DNA of 63,496 bases, the filler included, from Octopus bimaculoides (lineage: Eukaryota), in NCBI RefSeq assembly GCF_001194135.2. It is 3 parts of 3 records of this genome, joined end to end, with 100 filler letters (N's around TTAATTAATTAA, not from the genome) between each part and the next. Parts side by side here need not be neighbours in the genome. Positions count along the whole stretch, not along the records: positions 27,166 to 52,419 come from NC_068993.1; 2 more parts are not named here. One strand, given 5' to 3'. Position 1 is the first letter of the stretch, and each line of letters begins with the position of its first letter. This document shows positions 37,189 to 51,412 of this stretch, piece by piece. The position numbers were made by a program, and so were the translations under genes. The notes beneath the pieces were generated by a model, which was given only the letters and a program-made list of their open reading frames with translations, searched no databases and had not been told where the DNA came from.

Positions 37189-38456
37189 ACTAGATTTCTG
37201 AAACATTAACACGTAAGCATATAAGCGCATACAAATGTACAAGTACGCGTATATATATATANNNNNNNNNNNNNNNNNNNNNNNNNNNNNNNNNNNNNNN
37301 NNNNNNNNNNNNNNNNNNNNNNNNNNNNNNNNNNNNNNNNNNNNNNNNNNNNNNNNNNNNNNNNNNNNNNNNNNNNNNNNNNNNNNNNNNNNNNNNNNNN
37401 NNNNNNNNNNNNNNNNNNNNNNNNNNNNNNNNNNNNNNNNNNNNNNNNNNNNNNNNNNNNNNNNNNNNNNNNNNNNNNNNNNNNNNNNNNNNNNNNNNNN
37501 NNNNNNNNNNNNNNNNNNNNNNNNNNNNNNNNNNNNNNNNNNNNNNNNNNNNNNNNNNNNNNNNNNNNNNNNNNNNNNNNNNNNNNNNNNNNNNNNNNNN
37601 NNNNNNNNNNNNNNNNNNNNNNNNNNNNNNNNNNNNNNNNNNNNNNNNNNNNNNNNNNNNNNNNNNNNNNNNNNNNNNNNNNNNNNNNNNNNNNNNNNNN
37701 NNNNNNNNNNNNNNNNNNNNNNNNNNNNNNNNNNNNNNNNNNNNNNNNNNNNNNNNNNNNNNNNNNNNNNNNNNNNNNNNNNNNNNNNNNNNNNNNNNNN
37801 NNNNNNNNNNNNNNNNNNNNNNNNNNNNNNNNNNNNNNNNNNNNNNNNNNNNNNNNNNNNNNNNNNNNNNNNNNNNNNNNNNNNNNNNNNNNNNNNNNNN
37901 NNNNNNNNNNNNNNNNNNNNNNNNNNNNNNNNNNNNNNNNNNNNNNNNNNNNNNNNNNNNNNNNNNNNNNNNNNNNNNNNNNNNNNNNNNNNNNNNNNNN
38001 NNNNNNNNNNNNNNNNNNNNNNNNNNNNNNNNNNNNNNNNNNNNNNNNNNNNNNNNNNNNNNNNNNNNNNNNNNNNNNNNNNNNNNNNNNNNNNNNNNNN
38101 NNNNNNNNNNNNNNNNNNNNNNNNNNNNNNNNNNNNNNNNNNNNNNNNNNNNNNNNNNNNNNNNNNNNNNNNNNNNNNNNNNNGTATATATGTATATATA
38201 TATATACACACTCAAGCACACAAATATACAGATGTTCGTTTATTGAAATGTTTACTTATGCTACCAAATGCATGTTTATGCTATAAGGAAAAGTATCACA
38301 GTAAAAAACTGGAAAAAAAGCAGATTAAAAGAAAACAAAAATAAAACATAAAGACCATTACTATAGACGAGGACATTTTTTTTTATCGATCAATGTGGAA
38401 TACGGAATCTGCAAAACATTTCGAGTTAAAAAAAGATTAATAAATTAGAGTTTTAC

Positions 38457-38526
38457 CTGGAAATCTGAGAAGAAAACCATTGTTATTGCTGCGACAGTTG
38501 TTGGCGTTTAACCAACGGTCAGCCAT
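38457..38526 (-). CDS. Candidate first coding exon MADRWLNANNCRSNNNGFLLRFP
   Basis: ATCATGG Kozak-like start with upstream in-frame stop, donor CAG|GTAAAA; no homology recognised. Confidence 0.25.
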
Positions 38527-38945
38527 GATTCAGCATGCTTCTGCTGATAACATTTGAAGACTACGCTTTTTCAGGAATTCCAGTTATCTAATATCTTATG
38601 ATCTCTCCTTCTGTTTTCAAGGGAGTATTTTGTTTCTAAAAAATTATGAGAATAATTATTATTTTAAGAAAGAAGCGTATACAACCATAAATAGCGGTAC
38701 TCAAAACCAGTCGTTATAACTCAAGAAACGCATATCGTTTAGAATTAAGATTTAAGCTAAGACAGAGTCTGATATTAATTGTTTAATGACAAGGTAAGAA
38801 CATTTACATAATCACGTTCATAAACTTACAGATGTTTCGGTTACGGAGATCAATGCAGTCGCAACTGGGTGTTTGTGCAACATCTTACAAGTTCATTGAA
38901 GCCATAGACATACACCCATATACATAGATTGAAACACAGACATAG

Positions 38946-38985
<40 letters not shown>

Positions 38986-39974
38986 TTATATATCTATCTA
39001 TTTGTGTATCTATCAATCACCGCCCCTCTCAATTTTCATAACTGGAGATTCTGTAAAAATTTTTTTCTTCTGGAAATGGGCTTTGCACCTGAAATATAAG
39101 AGTTTTATAAAACTTTCCACATTGTCAGAAGCTTTCTATTTTCTCTCTCTTTACCTTCGAATTTACAATGCTTCAAGCGAACTACAACGCTCCTTATCTA
39201 TGTATGTATGTATGTATGTATGTATGTATGTATGTATGTATGTATATATCTATCTATATATGCATATGTTTATAGGTGTAGGTATATGATGTTATATATA
39301 TGTATATGTATACACACACACACACACACGCACACGCACCCCCCCACATATATATTTATATAGACACAATGCTTATTATATCTTAATACTGGCTACAAGA
39401 TGGTGAGGTCAGGACTGTCGTAAGTATCTGAGTCCTGGAAGAAACTTTGATATGCCAGACAAATCATTCTATTGTACTCATAATATTGATTTCTATATCA
39501 GATAACGTTTGCAGCATGTAGTATATATTTCAATATGCTTCATAACTAATATGTTACGATATACACATATACATACATACATACCTGCACACATACATAT
39601 ATACATACATACATACATACATACATACATACATACATACATAAATGCATTCCTGCATACATACATGAATATATATATTCACATACATATATAAATATAT
39701 ATATATATNNNNNNNNNNNNNNNNNNNNNNNNNNNNNNNNNNNNNNNNNNNNNNNNNNNNNNNNNNNNNNNNNNNNNNNNNNNNNNNNNNNNNNNNNNNN
39801 NNNNNNNNNNNNNNNNNNNNNNNNNNNNNNNNNNNNNNNNNNNNNNNNNNNNNNNNNNNNNNNNNNNNNNNNNNNNNNNNNNNNNNNNNNNNNNNNNNNN
39901 NNNNNNNNNNNNNNNNNNNNNNNNNNNNNNNNNNNNNNNNNNNNNNNNNNNNNNNNNNNNNNNNNNNNNNNATA

Positions 39975-40013
<39 letters not shown>

Positions 40014-40816
40014 GACAGCTGTTTAAAAGAATACTATTAGATATTTGTGAAAAAGAAAATGTATTAGACTTATTTTAAAAAGAATGTCTATGTGGACAGT
40101 GAAGAATATCCATATGTTGTTCTCATGGATGCGAAAACAGGACATAAGAACAGAATATCAAAGCAGAATTCAATAAATGTCTCAAAGAATTACTAGTGAT
40201 ATTCATAAATTATTTGTCCGGAACCAAAATGATTCAAACCAACAGAATTTCTAAAGACGTTAAGTATAAACATAAGGTTTAATTCCTTAGCTATAAACAT
40301 TGGTGCATTCATTAATATTACCGAGAATGTTTATTCTGTAAATTTGTTCAGATAATATTCTCATGTATATACACACACACAAACACACACACACAGACAC
40401 ACACATACACATACACAGACACACTCACACACAATGACACATACATGTGCACAGGCGTGACTGTGTGATAAGAAGCCTGCCTGCCAACACCATGGATATA
40501 TATGTTCGTTATGCACAGTGAAATTCACAACCACGCACACACACACACACACGCACACACAAGCACACACACATGGACAGACAAAGAGACAAACACGATA
40601 CAAATAAGATGATATTTTTCGGAGGCAAAATTGTCGTTAGGACAGCAGAATTCATGGGTAAATTACCCTTATAAACCAGAAGAATTTGGTCGAACTAACA
40701 TTTAGTTCTCATAAGCGTTGGAATGTGTATTGTACGATACAAATAAGACTATAATCTTCGAACGCCGAATTGCCGTTAGAACAGCAAAAGAACTGCGTAA
40801 ATTAGCCTTACGCAGC

Positions 40817-41015
40817 AAACAGCCATGGGACTCGAACCCACATCCCCTTAGTTTATATTTATACACACCTTTGTTTACATTTATATACATGTAGTTGTCC
40901 ATTTAGCTATTCTGCGTCTAAATTTGCGGATGAATTTGTCAGCGAGCAGTTTATCTTAATGGCAAGTCACTCAACCTTGTCTTGTGTTATGTGGATTCGA
41001 GTTCCATGGCTGTTT
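40817..41015. pseudogene. Divergent pair of tRNA-like units (pseudo-tRNA or SINE heads)
   Basis: Plus copy 40945-41015 folds as a cloverleaf (AGCAGTT/GGCTGTT, T-arm GTGGA-TTCGAGT-TCCAT); minus copy 40817-40916 shares 26/28 nt at the T-arm. Confidence 0.55.
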
Positions 41016-41030
41016 GTATATGTACATATT

Positions 41031-41098
<68 letters not shown>

Positions 41099-41099
41099 T

Positions 41100-41285
41100 T
41101 TGTATCTGTGTTTGTTCTCACACCATTGTTTGACAACCGATGTTCGTCTGTTTACGTCCCCGTGACTTAGTGGTTCGGCTAAAGACACCGATAGAATAAG
41201 AACTAAGTTTACAGAGAATAAGTCCTGGGGTCTATTTCTTTAAAAACGTGGCAGCAATCAAATGGCTAAAACAAATAAAAGAAAT
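41100..41285 (+). mobile_element. SINE family 1, 3' half after (GT)n
   Basis: TTGACAACCGATGTT...TTTACGTCCCCGTGACTTAGTGGTTCGGC...GAATAAGTCCTGGGGTC. Confidence 0.85.
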
Positions 41286-42182
41286 TTATTATATATATAT
41301 ATATACGAATAACCCTCCATGCACAAGTATAAATACATATATTATGAAGACACATACACACATAGCTAATGTATTTTCTTCTCGCCACTTGGCCACGTGT
41401 TTCAACCTGTGTTTCCTGCTATGAAACAGAGGTCTATGATCGCAAATATGGCAAGGTCTACTTAGTTCGTTCTTTTTAGTAATTAGAAGGTGGAAGTTTA
41501 TTACATTATCACCAAACGATATAACTATAATATACCGCGGCGGACAACATAAATAAATACGATGTTAGACGCCTTACAAAAGCCGCACAAGTTTTTTTCC
41601 GATTACGTAAAATTGTCTCGTCCCAGAATTTAACGTTGTTAAATTCGGGAAGAAAACAAATTTACATATATGGAACATGCAGGTGCAGCTTATATAGTTT
41701 GGTAAAGCCGTTACTCATTACAAATTTTCAAACAACAGATGATATATTTAAATGTCACATTCGATCTTCCTTCTTGGAGAAAACTAGAAAAATATATGAG
41801 TAGTTTATTTCAGTGAATATGACATTATGTTGCTGTACAATATGAAATAACAATTTTTCAAACTCGCAGCTATAACGTCTTTTTGTATATAAAATGTTTT
41901 GTTGAAGGAAGTTTACGTCTAGACGATTTGTATTTAATTTCGATGCACTTCCTTTATTAACTCCATATAAGATTAAACTATAAAATCAACGTTACATGAA
42001 GGCCATTGTGTTCAATGAATTTCAAGAACATTGAATAGCAACTATAATACCATCATAAGATGTGAAATAGAAATTGCTAGGGCCTAATTAATGCACCAAC
42101 CTCTCTAAATTACTGACAATGGGCTAAGTTACGGGTTGTAAACAAACTAAGAATGGTTTATTTTTGACAACCTCATGAAGCA

Positions 42183-42292
42183 TTGGTCGGTCTAGAGCAG
42201 TATGGTGGAAGACACTTGACCGAAGTGCTGCGCAGTGGGATTTATCCCTGAATCCACATGGTTACAAATGTATCTTCTTGACAACAGAGCCT
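42183..42292 (-). mobile_element. SINE family 1, 5' part
   Basis: GAAGACACTTGACCGAAGTGCTGCGCAGTGGGA...CCACATGGTT; homologous to the 46153 copy. Confidence 0.7.
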
Positions 42293-44241
42293 GCACCGAT
42301 TGTAGAAACAACTAGATATATGGTGAGTTAGATCTTTCATGTGATCGCGATTATACCATCCTCTTAAAACAGAATATACAATTCTAAATTTATAGGTTTG
42401 TGCAGGCAAACTGAATCGAGTGAGTGTAATACCTACCTAATTCATATTTATGAAACTTTTTGCATCATATTTTGTTTAAAATATAAACCTTATGAACATT
42501 CTGTAATAAATAAAACGGAGTTGTTATGCACCAATGAAATTGTATTCTCCCGCATCAAATGAAATAAACAATAAATAACCACCATAAATAAAATCGCCAA
42601 AGTTCTGAGAATTTAAAACTACGTCAAATCTTTCTTCAAAAATGTTACATCTCTCTATCTATGTATCCATACATACACACATGTTTACATATATGTACAT
42701 ATATATATATAACTACTTATATATACATACATACACCCACGTACACCATATATATGCGTATATATATATATATATATATATATGAATAAACGTATATATA
42801 CATATGTTTATTAATATAATGCATATGTACATACGCAGTATACACACACAAACGCTATATACACACATGCATATCTAAACTCACTGACTTCGTCTACATC
42901 CCACACTCCGGGAATCAGCTGTCTGATGTTTCCTCCCAACCCAAGTTTTACGTTCTCTCGTCAGCTGTTCAAGCTTTCTTTATGCCTTCTAGCTCAAAGT
43001 AATAAAAATGGCTTTAGAGATTTTCGTTTTCATTCTTGTGTCTTTGCAGGATTTAAATTGATTTTTACTGTTGTTGCTGACACTATATCTCTACTCTAAG
43101 ATTATTTACAAATACAGTTATACTTTGCTAAACAATAAAATACGTAGAAGAATTCATACACTATACATTTTTTTTTTGATGAGGCCCAATGAAACTGAAA
43201 CTTTAACATAAGACAAAAGAACAAACTGACATCGTACCGAGTGTGCCTAGTAGAGGACGATTCTTTTGTATTGACGCTCGGTAAGTTAAAAAAACTACAG
43301 CTTATTCTCACCATTCTCAACCCACTCTGTCTCAAAATAAAAAGAAAAACCTAAGTCCTATTGAATTATACGGCTTGCAGTAAACATTGCCAGGAAAAAA
43401 AAATCAACAACAAAAAATGATATGCTCACGACGGGAATATGTTTCATCACTGATCTCCTTGATGAGGTGTGCCTAAGGACAAAATACTAGAAATAACAAT
43501 AAAAAAAAAACAAAAAAAAAACAAGTAATTCAGTAATGGACTGCAAGCAATATAATCATCAGTAACCTCTCTCATTCTTTCTTTCTCCCTCATCTTTGTT
43601 GTCTTCTCTCTTCCTGCAAGTGTCCTTGCGCCCAGACAAGACGATAAAAGAAAGAAGAGTCTATATATATATTATTTGATAATAATTCAGAAATTACAGG
43701 TTCGAGTGAAACATATAAATACAGAAAACCATTGAGTCTTAAAGACGATGACAACATAAACACCAAAATTATATTATTGTTACTCCAAATGACAACAACT
43801 CATCCTGTGCAGTAATTGGCGTATTTTCTCGTCTTCAAAAATCGATGTTTGTGTGATAACATGCCAAGATTTTTCGCGGTAAACAATAACTATAGTTATT
43901 GATCAGACGTCTTGACTCTTCGTTCCAATAATAGTTTCGTTATTGAACAAAACTCGAAGAATTTTTCACAATTCAAATAGCCATACTTTGTTAAATTTAT
44001 CTACAGTTGCGACAGTATATTGAAGGGGCAGCATACACCCCACAAACACAAACACACTTACATACACGTATGTATATGTAGGGGTATGTGCGCATGTGTG
44101 TGTATATATATATCTGTGTGTGTGTGTATATACGAACGTTTATATGCATATATATGTATATATGTATATACTTATCTTCATCCGTATCTTCATTTGTTTC
44201 TCCTTGTGTATATGTTTAATTGTGTGTATCGTACACATCTA

Positions 44242-44332
<91 letters not shown>

Positions 44333-44543
44333 TTTATACACGTATATCTCATAAGAATATATCTTAAATGCATATATTCTATTTTAGTATATAAATATGG
44401 ACATTTATGTACACACACACATGTTTGATATACACGCGCATATGTATTTATGCGTATCTATATACGTACACACACAAACACTCACGCACATAAACACTCA
44501 AACACACACGCACACATACAGACACACAGATACACACACACAG

Positions 44544-44588
<45 letters not shown>

Positions 44589-44979
44589 CAGAGAGGAAGA
44601 GAGGGAGAGAGAGAGACTGAAACAGAGAGACATATATATGTGAGAATGTGTTTGTATGTGTGCGTGTGTGTATATGGGTTTGTGCGTGCGTGTGTGTGTG
44701 TTTGTGTGTTTGTGGGTGAGTGAGAAGTGTGCACGCGGTTGAATGCTTGCACAGGTTTGAGTTCAGGATCAATCAATCATAATTAATAATATTGGATATC
44801 GAGCTATCGACCCAGTTCACATTTTGTATATGTTGGTGTGAATAATAGCTAAGGTTGCGAAATATTTAATCGACAACTATTATTATGCTTTATTTATTGT
44901 TTACCGATAGAATATTGGAAGCGCGCAGATCTAACTATATGAATATACAGCCCCACCCCGATCACACGCAATACACACA

Positions 44980-45025
<46 letters not shown>

Positions 45026-46152
45026 CAAGTACACAGGTATATGCATACTGCAAATAAATGTCTAAGTAAATTTCCTTTTGAATGCTCACAAGTTTAAAAG
45101 TCAAACGGGCAGGTCTCTTTGTCTTTATTCGAGCTCATACAACAGAAACCAAATTTCGCTTACTCCACTGTCTACCAACATGAAAAGAATAGACTGTTTT
45201 ATGTTATTCGAGATACATTACTTTATGCAAAACATCGATGATTGTGGCCACGGCTGGAACGCATTTCATTTATCGTTTCACTTAGTCAGTCAGAATTCCT
45301 AACGGTTTATATAACAACAACTAAGATTACTGCATTAGAGCTGGAAAACAAGTATTTTACAAATAGCAAATACTTTTTGTTTTTAATTATTGAACAGAAA
45401 GTAGGTTATTTACAAAGCTATATTTATGTAAGGTACGATAACTTTAAATTAATCCTGAGGCTTATTACTTCGATATTGAAAAACTTTTGGCAGCTCGAGA
45501 TTTGAATTCCCCCTAAGCCCTAACAATATGCATTACTCAGATCAGGTCATTTCACAGCGTAAGCAACGGATACTACGGTATGTCGCACCAAAAATATTCC
45601 ATGCCTATAATAAACTAAACACGCCCACTAAATAATTTTTTCTGAGCTGATGTCTATCAATTTTTCTGAAATTGGGGTTAGTTAATTACAACGACCCAGT
45701 ACTTTTGTAATTCTCTGTAAGCAAAGTTGTAACCAAAGATGTAAGCAAAGTTAAATGCTGCTAGGCCTCAATTCAAAGTATGAAGAACCTGAATAAACAC
45801 CACGAGACATTTTGTCGGACACTCTAACGATTGTGACGTGCTAGAAGCATCAAAACAATCGATTAAAAATATTTCCTATATGAAGATAATTCAGGTGTTT
45901 TACAGTCGCAATGCTTTTACATTTTACTTGTTTCTATCAGTGTATTGCGACCACTCTGGAGTATTCTTCGAAGAAATCATTCCCAGTTTTTATTTCAAAA
46001 TCTGGTTCTCATTATTTCGCTCTCTTTTCCCGAACCGCTATATTACGAAGACTTAAAGAAGGCATAAGTTCTCAAGCGCTGGTGGAGAAAAAGACAAACA
46101 CAGACGCACACACAAATATATATATATGTATGAGAACGAGTGTTTGCGTATG

Positions 46153-46295
46153 TATACGATGGGCTTCTACACAGTTTCCGTCTACCAGACTCACTAGCAA
46201 GGCATTTGGTGGCCCTAAGCTACAGTAGAAGACAATTGGCCTAGTTGCATCGCAGTGGGACTGAACCCCAAACCACATAGTTGCAAAAAGAGCTT
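46153..46295 (-). mobile_element. SINE family 1, 5' half
   Basis: CAGTTTCCGTCTACCA...CAGTAGAAGAC...CAGTGGGACTGAACCCC. Confidence 0.8.
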
Positions 46296-47083
46296 TTATA
46301 TCACAAAGCTATACGTATGTCACTTTCAAGTATTTTAAAAATTTATTTATTGTATTCCGGTATTATACTTCAGTGTGTAAAAATTCTTTCTTTCTACAAA
46401 ATACATTTGAAAGTGCTTTGGTACGTAATTGTTTTCAGGTTTTAAGCGCAATTATTTATTTATATTTGTCATTAAATTAAATCATATAATATTTAAATTT
46501 TATATTTTTAGAAAGTCATCTTAATTATTTATCATAATTTTATATTATTGTAAAACAATTATTTACTTATAAATCATAATATTCTTGAAATACGAAAAAT
46601 TTATTTCATAAATTTTGACGCATATGTAAAATCATTGCCGCGGTTTCCTTTTTATACTTTTCGATCTTTTTCTTTGTTTTTTTTTTACTGTGTCTGCATT
46701 TGTCCTCAAGCACATTGAAATTAATTGTAATGTAACCATTTTCTTTCACAGCTCCACTAATTAAACGTCTATCACATCGTCTGCTTTAATTACTCACTTT
46801 CTTTAGGTCTAGTTAATGTTGTATCCGGGTGATTCATCTCTTAACACTTTCAGTTACTACGTTTGTTGAGTCAGCGTTTATTTGGCTCTCTTACAAGTCA
46901 ATCAGCCAATGTCAAGATAAAGGAAATGTGAAACTTTCCGGTTATCTAATACTTATTAGACAGGATGTCGCTGTCGGCATCATCCAGTGATCACCTAAAC
47001 AGACACGGTACAGAGATGCATTTAGTATAGGAACCATGTAAAAACAAAAAATGTATAATTGTTGTCACTGCTTTTTAACCTCA

Positions 47084-47330
47084 GGTCATCCATTATCGAG
47101 CACACATATGAGGAAAAGATTTCCGGCAGTGAGATCCGTATATTCCTCAGGCGGTGTGCAGGTACATGAACAACATCCATATACTTTGTATTAACGAAAA
47201 CGATGCAGAAGGATTTCAGAAGCATTTGGCTGTGATTTCTTTGAGGTTGAGGCTAACTCCTGCAACATCAAAGATCTTCGGGACAGATGTGGAGCAGACC
47301 TCAAATAAGATTTTGTTTTCAGGCATGGTT
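47084..47330 (+). mobile_element. Penelope-like RT fragment (motifs 4-6), frameshifted
   Basis: GHPLS / IIEHTYEEKI / RIFLRR / RYMNNIHILCINENDAEGFQKHLAVISLRLRLT resembles MGSPLSP..MExxEE..RYVDDIF..FLxHLNSxxPxIKFT. Confidence 0.55.
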
Positions 47331-47336
47331 AGGTGC

Positions 47337-47505
47337 AGGCATGGCTAGTCGAAGACATGTGTGTGTGTGATAAGAAACTCGCTTGCCAACCACACCGTAA
47401 CGGGTTCAGGCTCTTGGCATAAATATTTTGTACTATAGGCTTCAACCAACCAAAGCGTTATGAATAGATTTGGTAGGTGGAAACTGAAAGAATATCGCCA
47501 TATAT
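47337..47505 (+). mobile_element. SINE family 1, 5' half; the 3' end is probably after the gap at ~48200-48300
   Basis: GATAAGAAACTCGCTTGCCAACCAC...GGGTTCAG...GATTTGGTAGGTGGAAACTGAAAGAA. Confidence 0.75.
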
Positions 47506-48052
47506 NNNNNNNNNNNNNNNNNNNNNNNNNNNNNNNNNNNNNNNNNNNNNNNNNNNNNNNNNNNNNNNNNNNNNNNNNNNNNNNNNNNNNNNNNNNNNNN
47601 NNNNNNNNNNNNNNNNNNNNNNNNNNNNNNNNNNNNNNNNNNNNNNNNNNNNNNNNNNNNNNNNNNNNNNNNNNNNNNNNNNNNNNNNNNNNNNNNNNNN
47701 NNNNNNNNNNNNNNNNNNNNNNNNNNNNNNNNNNNNNNNNNNNNNNNNNNNNNNNNNNNNNNNNNNNNNNNNNNNNNNNNNNNNNNNNNNNNNNNNNNNN
47801 NNNNNNNNNNNNNNNNNNNNNNNNNNNNNNNNNNNNNNNNNNNNNNNNNNNNNNNNNNNNNNNNNNNNNNNNNNNNNNNNNNNNNNNNNNNNNNNNNNNN
47901 NNNNNNNNNNNNNNNNNNNNNNNNNNNNNNNNNNNNNNNNNNNNNNNNNNNNNNNNNNNNNNNNNNNNNNNNNNNNNNNNNNNNNNNNNNNNNNNNNNNN
48001 NNNNNNNNNNNNNNNNNNNNNNNNNNNNNNNNNNNNNNNNNNNNNNNNNNNN

Positions 48053-48083
<31 letters not shown>

Positions 48084-49425
48084 ATGTATATGTGTTTGCG
48101 TGTATGTGTGTATGGATATATGTGTGTGTGTTTCTACTTTTCCCACACCACCCTGTGGTTTCTTTACGTCCTTGTAACATAGCTGTTTCACAATAAACAT
48201 TGAGAGAATGAGCACCATGCTTCAGAAATAATGGGTTCTTTCATCTAAAACCATTTAAGACAAATGATCACAGTCCAATGACTGAAACAAGTGAAGGGTA
48301 CCGGTGTTGTAGCAAGCATTTGTGTTGCTCTATCGACAGGTAAACTTTAAAGTCAGTAACTTTCATTTGACAACATAAAAGTTGTGTGCATAACATTTCT
48401 CACAGGGACTAAACATAAATGCACTATTGATCAATTGGGAGAAATCTGCACATAGTAATATCTGATATAGAATTAATTAGATATATGTATAATCGAGAAG
48501 TTGTTTAATGAAATATTAACAATTCTGTATGGATTGCAATAAATGCCTACTCTCAATAAAATTTTATTTCAGATATTCTGTTTTAAATCAAGCTCACGTA
48601 TACCAAACCTCCACACGCATGCACTACATATACACACGAAACGTGTATATACCAGTATTAGTATGTAATGTATATATACATACATATATACATGTAAGTG
48701 TTTGTGTGTGTGTACATACGCATGTCTTAGTTAAGAGATAAAAGTTTAAATAAACTTTAGTGGTGTTTATGATTAGGTAAACATCATCTATAAATCTGTC
48801 TGAATCCATATGCGTGTGTTTGAGAGTGTGAGTTGATGTACACATCCTTGCGTACACACATGCATATAACTTCAATCTATTTATGTTTGTATTCTGTACA
48901 TATCTTTATTGCACATCTATGCCTTTTTGGGACTGATTTTTATACGTTTATAAATTGAACATCAAAGATAATTTTCAGACGTTGAAGCTGTTGTAATTAA
49001 AATATTTTTGCTTCTAGAAAAATTCACACATTAAGTTTAAAGGTGTTAAACAGGTTACAATATTCGTCGATTGCATCGAGAAAGATAAAGGTATTTAAAA
49101 GTCTGGAAGAGTCTATTGATTTTTGACTACTAGACAAAGAGTGCTTCTGTATAATTTTAATCAAGTACGAAGTATTACTTCGTACTGAAGTAAAATTATA
49201 TAGAAATCAATCTGTCGATACGCGCAATTAGGCAGTTATCGTATTGTAAATATGTAGCAGGAGAACGAATCAATAAAATATAGTCTTATCAGCTAACCTA
49301 AAAGGATATATAGACGTAAATTATAAACGTATATTGTTATCACGTATTTATGCAACAAAAAAAAGATACATACATATATATATATATATTATATGAATAT
49401 ATATATATATTATTATATATATATG

Positions 49426-49461
<36 letters not shown>

Positions 49462-49679
49462 NNNNNNNNNNNNNNNNNNNNNNNNNNNNNNNNNNNNNNN
49501 NNNNNNNNNNNNNNNNNNNNNNNNNNNNNNNNNNNNNNNNNNNNNNNNNATATATATACAGACAGACACACACATATATTTATATATGTGAGTGTGAAGT
49601 ATAAAAGAAGAAATACAAAATTGCAAATGGAGGACAGATTTTTCATATAATATTTAGGAAAACTTGTTCATGCTTTATT

Positions 49680-50130
49680 TTGCCTTCTATATGTATTCTG
49701 CAACATATGCAAAAGAAGCACTGATGTTCTCAGCACTTATACTTTTGCCAGAGGTAACGTTCAACTTCTTTCGTCTCTTGTTTGGTCTGCTCTCATTCAC
49801 TGCTCTCATTGACTTTAGCATTCCAAACACAACATCCGAAACACGGTAGCTAATCCAAACATTTGTCTGGATGAAAAGGGTGAATTCCACATTTCAGGAA
49901 CCCACTTACTAGATTATTGCTGCGAGTTATACCACCAGGAAAGAGAGCAGCATGCAGCTGTGTGAATAGAGCAGAGAAAGCAGCTTTAGTTAAGGTCTTT
50001 GAGTTCTTCCTGCCATAAGCCATCCGATCATTTAATATTTTTCTCCAACCTTTTTTTAAGACGCCCATAGAATGCCACGTCATGCGGTTGAAGTGTGGAA
50101 TTGGGTGGTAGCAGCTTGCTTACTGCCAGA
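49680..50130 (-). mobile_element. pogo-like (Fot1-type) transposase C-terminal half, decayed
   Basis: PPNSTLQPHDVAFYGRLKK (QPLDV-like motif), GWRKIL, LVSGFLKCGIHPFHPDKCL, KRRKKLNVTSGKSIS. Confidence 0.75.
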
Positions 50131-50889
50131 AACAATGAACGGGGTTACTCTGAATGGCGTTAAAAGTAACGCCGCTGGATAATCAAACGAGGGACATGTC
50201 ATGATGTCATACAAGTTTTTTACAAAGATACCAACGTTATAAAAACACTTCAATAGAAAATTATTAACTAGTTATATTAGCATCATATTTCAACAACAGC
50301 TTGTACCATTTATGCAAGAAGCTCTTTAGGAACTTACAAAAGTTTTCACATCTTGCAAAAATGTTTGTTGTACTGGAATTTGAAGAAGTTGACAAATTCT
50401 TTCTTTGAGTTGATAATCAAAATTATGTTTACAAATTTTTCTTTATAAATATAAATTATAAAATTATAAATATAATTCTTAATTTTAACACCAGATTACA
50501 CAATTCTGTAAGAAATTTTAGTAACAAGCAATTAGAGGAAACAAAATATATTTTGTTAAAGTTATCCCGGTGTTATATATACATACGTATTTATGTATGT
50601 ATATGCACACGTACAAAGTTAAATACATGTTTATGATATTTGTTCATAAAAATACAAATGTGTCCTTTTAGGTCGGCTTAAGTTACCATATATTATTGAT
50701 TCATTCTCCTGTTAGATGTCTACAATACCATGTTTCAGCAAACTGCGTATTGAGAGTCTTCTTTCAATATCTAATACGTCGTTCTTTAGTTGTCTTGTAC
50801 CCTAAAATTGATTATTCCTTAAACACTTTTAAATATCTTTCATCTTTCTCGACGTAATCAACTAAAGTTGATGTGAGAAGTTTTCTTGT

Positions 50890-51100
50890 ATGTTTAGGGA
50901 GGTTGTTCTAGTAAGGCGATGTCAGCAGATGCGTAGCTCTGGTGAAGCAGCCACGATTTGTCCTGGCACGACTCTCGTCTCTTCTCGGGCACTGAGCAAA
51001 ACAAACGCTGCAGGATCTATTCAGGTTGATTCGTTGCTCGGTGTTCATCGTTCGTTCCTCAGAACTCATAGCTGAACGGTCTGAACAAGAAGAGGTGCAA
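50890..51100 (-). mobile_element. Heavily deleted mariner fragment
   Basis: MNTEQRINL fused directly to ILQRLFCSVPEKRRESCQDKSWLLHQ, resembling ILQRLLRSVREKRRELWQDKSWLLHHDNA. Confidence 0.7.
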
Positions 51101-51307
51101 ACAAAAGTATGTTGAAAAAGCTAAGATTATAATTACATACTTCCATGATATCATGTTAGATGATAACACAATCCGCTTATCCCTCTTTCTACTATAACTC
51201 ACACAGCACACCCTATCCCGTTACTTTTGAGACAGACCGCGTATATATAAATGTCTGCTTATGTGAATTTGCATATGCAGACAATTTAATATTAATTTGA
51301 ACGAAAG

Positions 51308-51412
51308 TGACCAGCTGGCAGAATCGTTAGCACGCCGGGTAAAATAATTAGTAGTAAATCGACTTACACCACCTTCCAAATTGCTGGCCTTCTACCATAA
51401 TTTGAAATACAT
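51308..51412 (+). mobile_element. SINE family 2A, head joined to tail (internal deletion)
   Basis: AGCTGGCAGAATCGTTAGCACGCCGGG directly followed by AATCGACTTAC...GGCCTT...AATTTGAAA. Confidence 0.75.

Noticed and set aside
42915-42965. CTGACGA...GAAAC on the minus strand
   Set aside because: No UH triplet in register and no stem I
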